DNA from: Macrostomum lignano
Taxonomy: Eukaryota
Length of the DNA: 25,245 nt
Reading direction: 5' to 3'
NCBI GenBank assembly: GCA_002269645.1
Contig: NIVC01005134.1
Span: 1-25,245, forward strand
The first letter of the stretch is position 1, and each line of letters opens with the position of its first letter. Made by a program: the position numbers and the translations under genes. This document shows positions 23,127 through 25,245 of the stretch, piece after piece. The notes under the pieces are model-generated. The model saw nothing but the letters and a program-made list of their open reading frames with translations, was not told the DNA's origin and ran no database searches.

Positions 23127-23350
23127 GGGGATTCCGATAGAGATGGGGATTTGTGTTGATTGGGGATTTCAACAGATATGAGGATTTGTGTTGATTGGGG
23201 ATTCCGATAGAGATGGGGATTTGTGTTGATTGGGGATTCCGATAGAGATGAGGATTTGTGTTGATTAGGGATTCCGATAGAGATGGGGATTTGTGTTGAT
23301 TAGGGATTCCGATAGAGATGGGGATTTGTGTTGATTGGGGATTCCGATCA
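23127..23350. repeat. Host intronic minisatellite, 35-bp unit (GGGGATTCCGATAGAGATGGGGATTTGTGTTGATT), ~6 copies, directly abutting the element
   Basis: Directly visible. Confidence 0.9.
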
Positions 23351-23436
23351 AAATGGGACTTATATTATAATGAAAAATTCTAAGAGACCGAGATTCTGAG
23401 GAGGAACTAAAACTGCAAGACGAAGAAACATCTCAC

Positions 23437-25242
23437 CGTAGTCTGGTGGACAGCCTCGTAGGTGAGGGTGCCCGAGCGGGACACGATGCCGATCTTGCCG
23501 GCTTGTGAATATGCCCGGGCATGATGCCAATCTTGCACTGGCCGGGAGCGATCACGCCCGGACAGTTGGGCCCAACTAGGCGACTTTTGGTCTGCTGGCT
23601 GAGCCGGCGGCGCACGCGGACCATGTCGTGCTGCGGGATGCCCTCGGTGATGCACACAATCAGCGGCACCTCGGCGTCCAGAGCTTCGTGTATAGCGGCC
23701 GCCGCGAACGGGGCGGGCACGTAGATAACTGTGGCATCGCACTGGGTAGCTTTGCGCGCCTCCGACACGGTGTTGAACACGGGCAAGTTCAAGTGCGTCT
23801 GGCCGCCTTTGCCAGGCGACACGCCGCCAACCATCCTGGTGCCGTACTCGATTGCCTGGGTGCTGTGGAAGGTGCCCTGCGGGGATTCGGGATGTCAGGC
23901 TTGATGCGGTTGGGGGCATGAGTGAGTGATTGCATTGAGTTGGGATCTGGATAGAATCCAGTTGGGATCTGGATAGAATGCAGTTGGGATCTGGATAGAA
24001 TGCAGTTGGGATCTGGATAGAATCTGGTTGGGATCTGAATAGAATCCTGCTGGGATCTGGATAGAATCCAGTTGGGATCTGAATATAATCCAGTTGGGAT
24101 CTGGATAGAATCTGGTTGGGATCTGGATAGAATCTGGTTGGGATCTGGATAGAATCCAGTTGGGATCTGGATAGAATCTAGTTGGGATCTGGATAGAATC
24201 CAGTTGGGATCTGGATAGAATCTGGTTGGGATCTGGATAGAATCTGGTTGGGATCTGGATAAAATCCAGTAAGGGATCTGGATAGAATCTGGTTGGGATC
24301 TGGATAGAATCTGGTTGGGATCTGGATAGAATCCAGTTGGGATCTGGATAGAATCCAGTTAGGATTTGGATAGAATCCAGTTAGGATCTGGATAGAATCC
24401 AGTTAGGATCTGGATAGAATCCAGTTGGGATCTGGATAGAATCCAGTTGGGATCTGGATAGAATCCAGTTGGGATCTGGATAGAATCCAGTTAGGATCTG
24501 GATAGAATCCAGTTAGGATCTGGAGAGAATCCAGTTGGGATCTGGATAGAATCCAGTTGGGATCTGGATAGAATCCAGTTGGGATCTGGATAGAATCTGG
24601 TTGGGATCTGGATAGAATCTGGTTGGGATCTGGATAAAATCCAGTAAGGGATCTGGATAGAATCTGGTTGGGATCTGGATAGAATCTGGTTGGGATCTGG
24701 ATAGAATCCAGTTGGGATCTGGATAGAATCCAGTTAGGATTTGGATAGAATCCAGTTAGGATCTGGATAGAATCCAGTTAGGATCTGGATAGAATCCAGT
24801 TGGGATCTGGATAGAATCCAGTTGGGATCTGGATAGAATCCAGTTGGGATCTGGATAGAATCCAGTTAGGATCTGGATAGAATCCAGTTAGGATCTGGAG
24901 AGAATCCAGTTAGGATCTGGATAGAATCCAGTTGGGATCTGGATAGAATCCAGTTAGGATCTGGATAGAATCCAGTTGGGATCTGGATTATGGATCCAGA
25001 TGAAACAATAAACCTATTGGGATAGAGACAAGGGCCTAATCTTAAAAATACAGGCAGTATCTAAGAGTGAAGGCGAAATCCATAAGCCTCACCTGCTTGC
25101 CAGTGAAGCCCTGGCAGATGACTCGCGTATCCTTGTTAATAGCCAGGTTGGACGCGAGTGGTCGCATAGTCAGACAGGAGCCGACTAGTTTGCTAGGCGA
25201 GTCTGCTAATGGCCAAAAGTATTCGGAAGAGGCAAACGACAT
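23437..25242 (-). CDS. SUCLG1: Host succinyl-CoA ligase alpha subunit: exon ending at 25093 (5' boundary unclear) and exon 23876-23437; 3' exons not found in the window
   Basis: [19 protein letters not shown]|[25 protein letters not shown]...[11 protein letters not shown]...VGPNCPG...[20 protein letters not shown]; phase-0 GT-AG introns; the 440-nt exon is one base short (GG where GGG is needed). Confidence 0.95.
23938..24990. repeat. Intronic minisatellite, 22-bp unit (GGGATCTGGATAGAATCCAGTT), ~47 copies; each unit holds a CTGGAT-aga-ATCCAG palindrome
   Basis: Directly visible. Confidence 0.95.
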
Positions 25243-25245
25243 GGC

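Noticed and set aside
3926-23132. Target-site duplication
   Set aside because: TATGCT versus GGGGAT; shifting the ends by one base gives no match either
23938-24990. Palindromic 22-bp repeat array as a CRISPR array
   Set aside because: Units are contiguous with no unique spacers, there are no cas genes, and the array lies in a eukaryotic intron

Overview
Eukaryotic (probably protist or other non-animal) genomic window. The GC-rich host flanks have introns packed with tandem repeats and carry two minus-strand host genes: the 5' exons of an IP3-receptor-like channel (<=589-3436) and two exons of succinyl-CoA ligase alpha (23437-~25242). Between them lies an AT-rich, apparently full-length ~19.2 kb Polinton/Maverick-type (adintovirus-like) endogenous virus (3932-23126). 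It has AGTAGT...ACTACT termini and ~350-370 bp TIRs. It encodes a protein-primed PolB, major and minor capsid proteins, a packaging ATPase, an adenain-type protease, core proteins with GxG/pX-like motifs, a lectin-tipped fibre, an HNH endonuclease and a PLA2-integrase fusion. The key observation is a structurally complete 303-nt group IC1 self-splicing intron (20718-21020). It splits the PLA2 Ca-binding loop (YNFAG|PGT) of the PLA2-integrase gene and lies just downstream of a free-standing HNH endonuclease that overlaps that gene's start, an arrangement like phage collaborative homing. Other oddities: each TIR is itself a long palindrome with end-specific sequence; there is no target-site duplication and the 3' exons of SUCLG1 are missing, which suggests a chimeric element or misassembly; and a ~15-bp hairpin is repeated inside four genes. 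Many 1-nt frameshifts occur in both viral and host genes, several in homopolymers, so they are probably long-read errors rather than decay.
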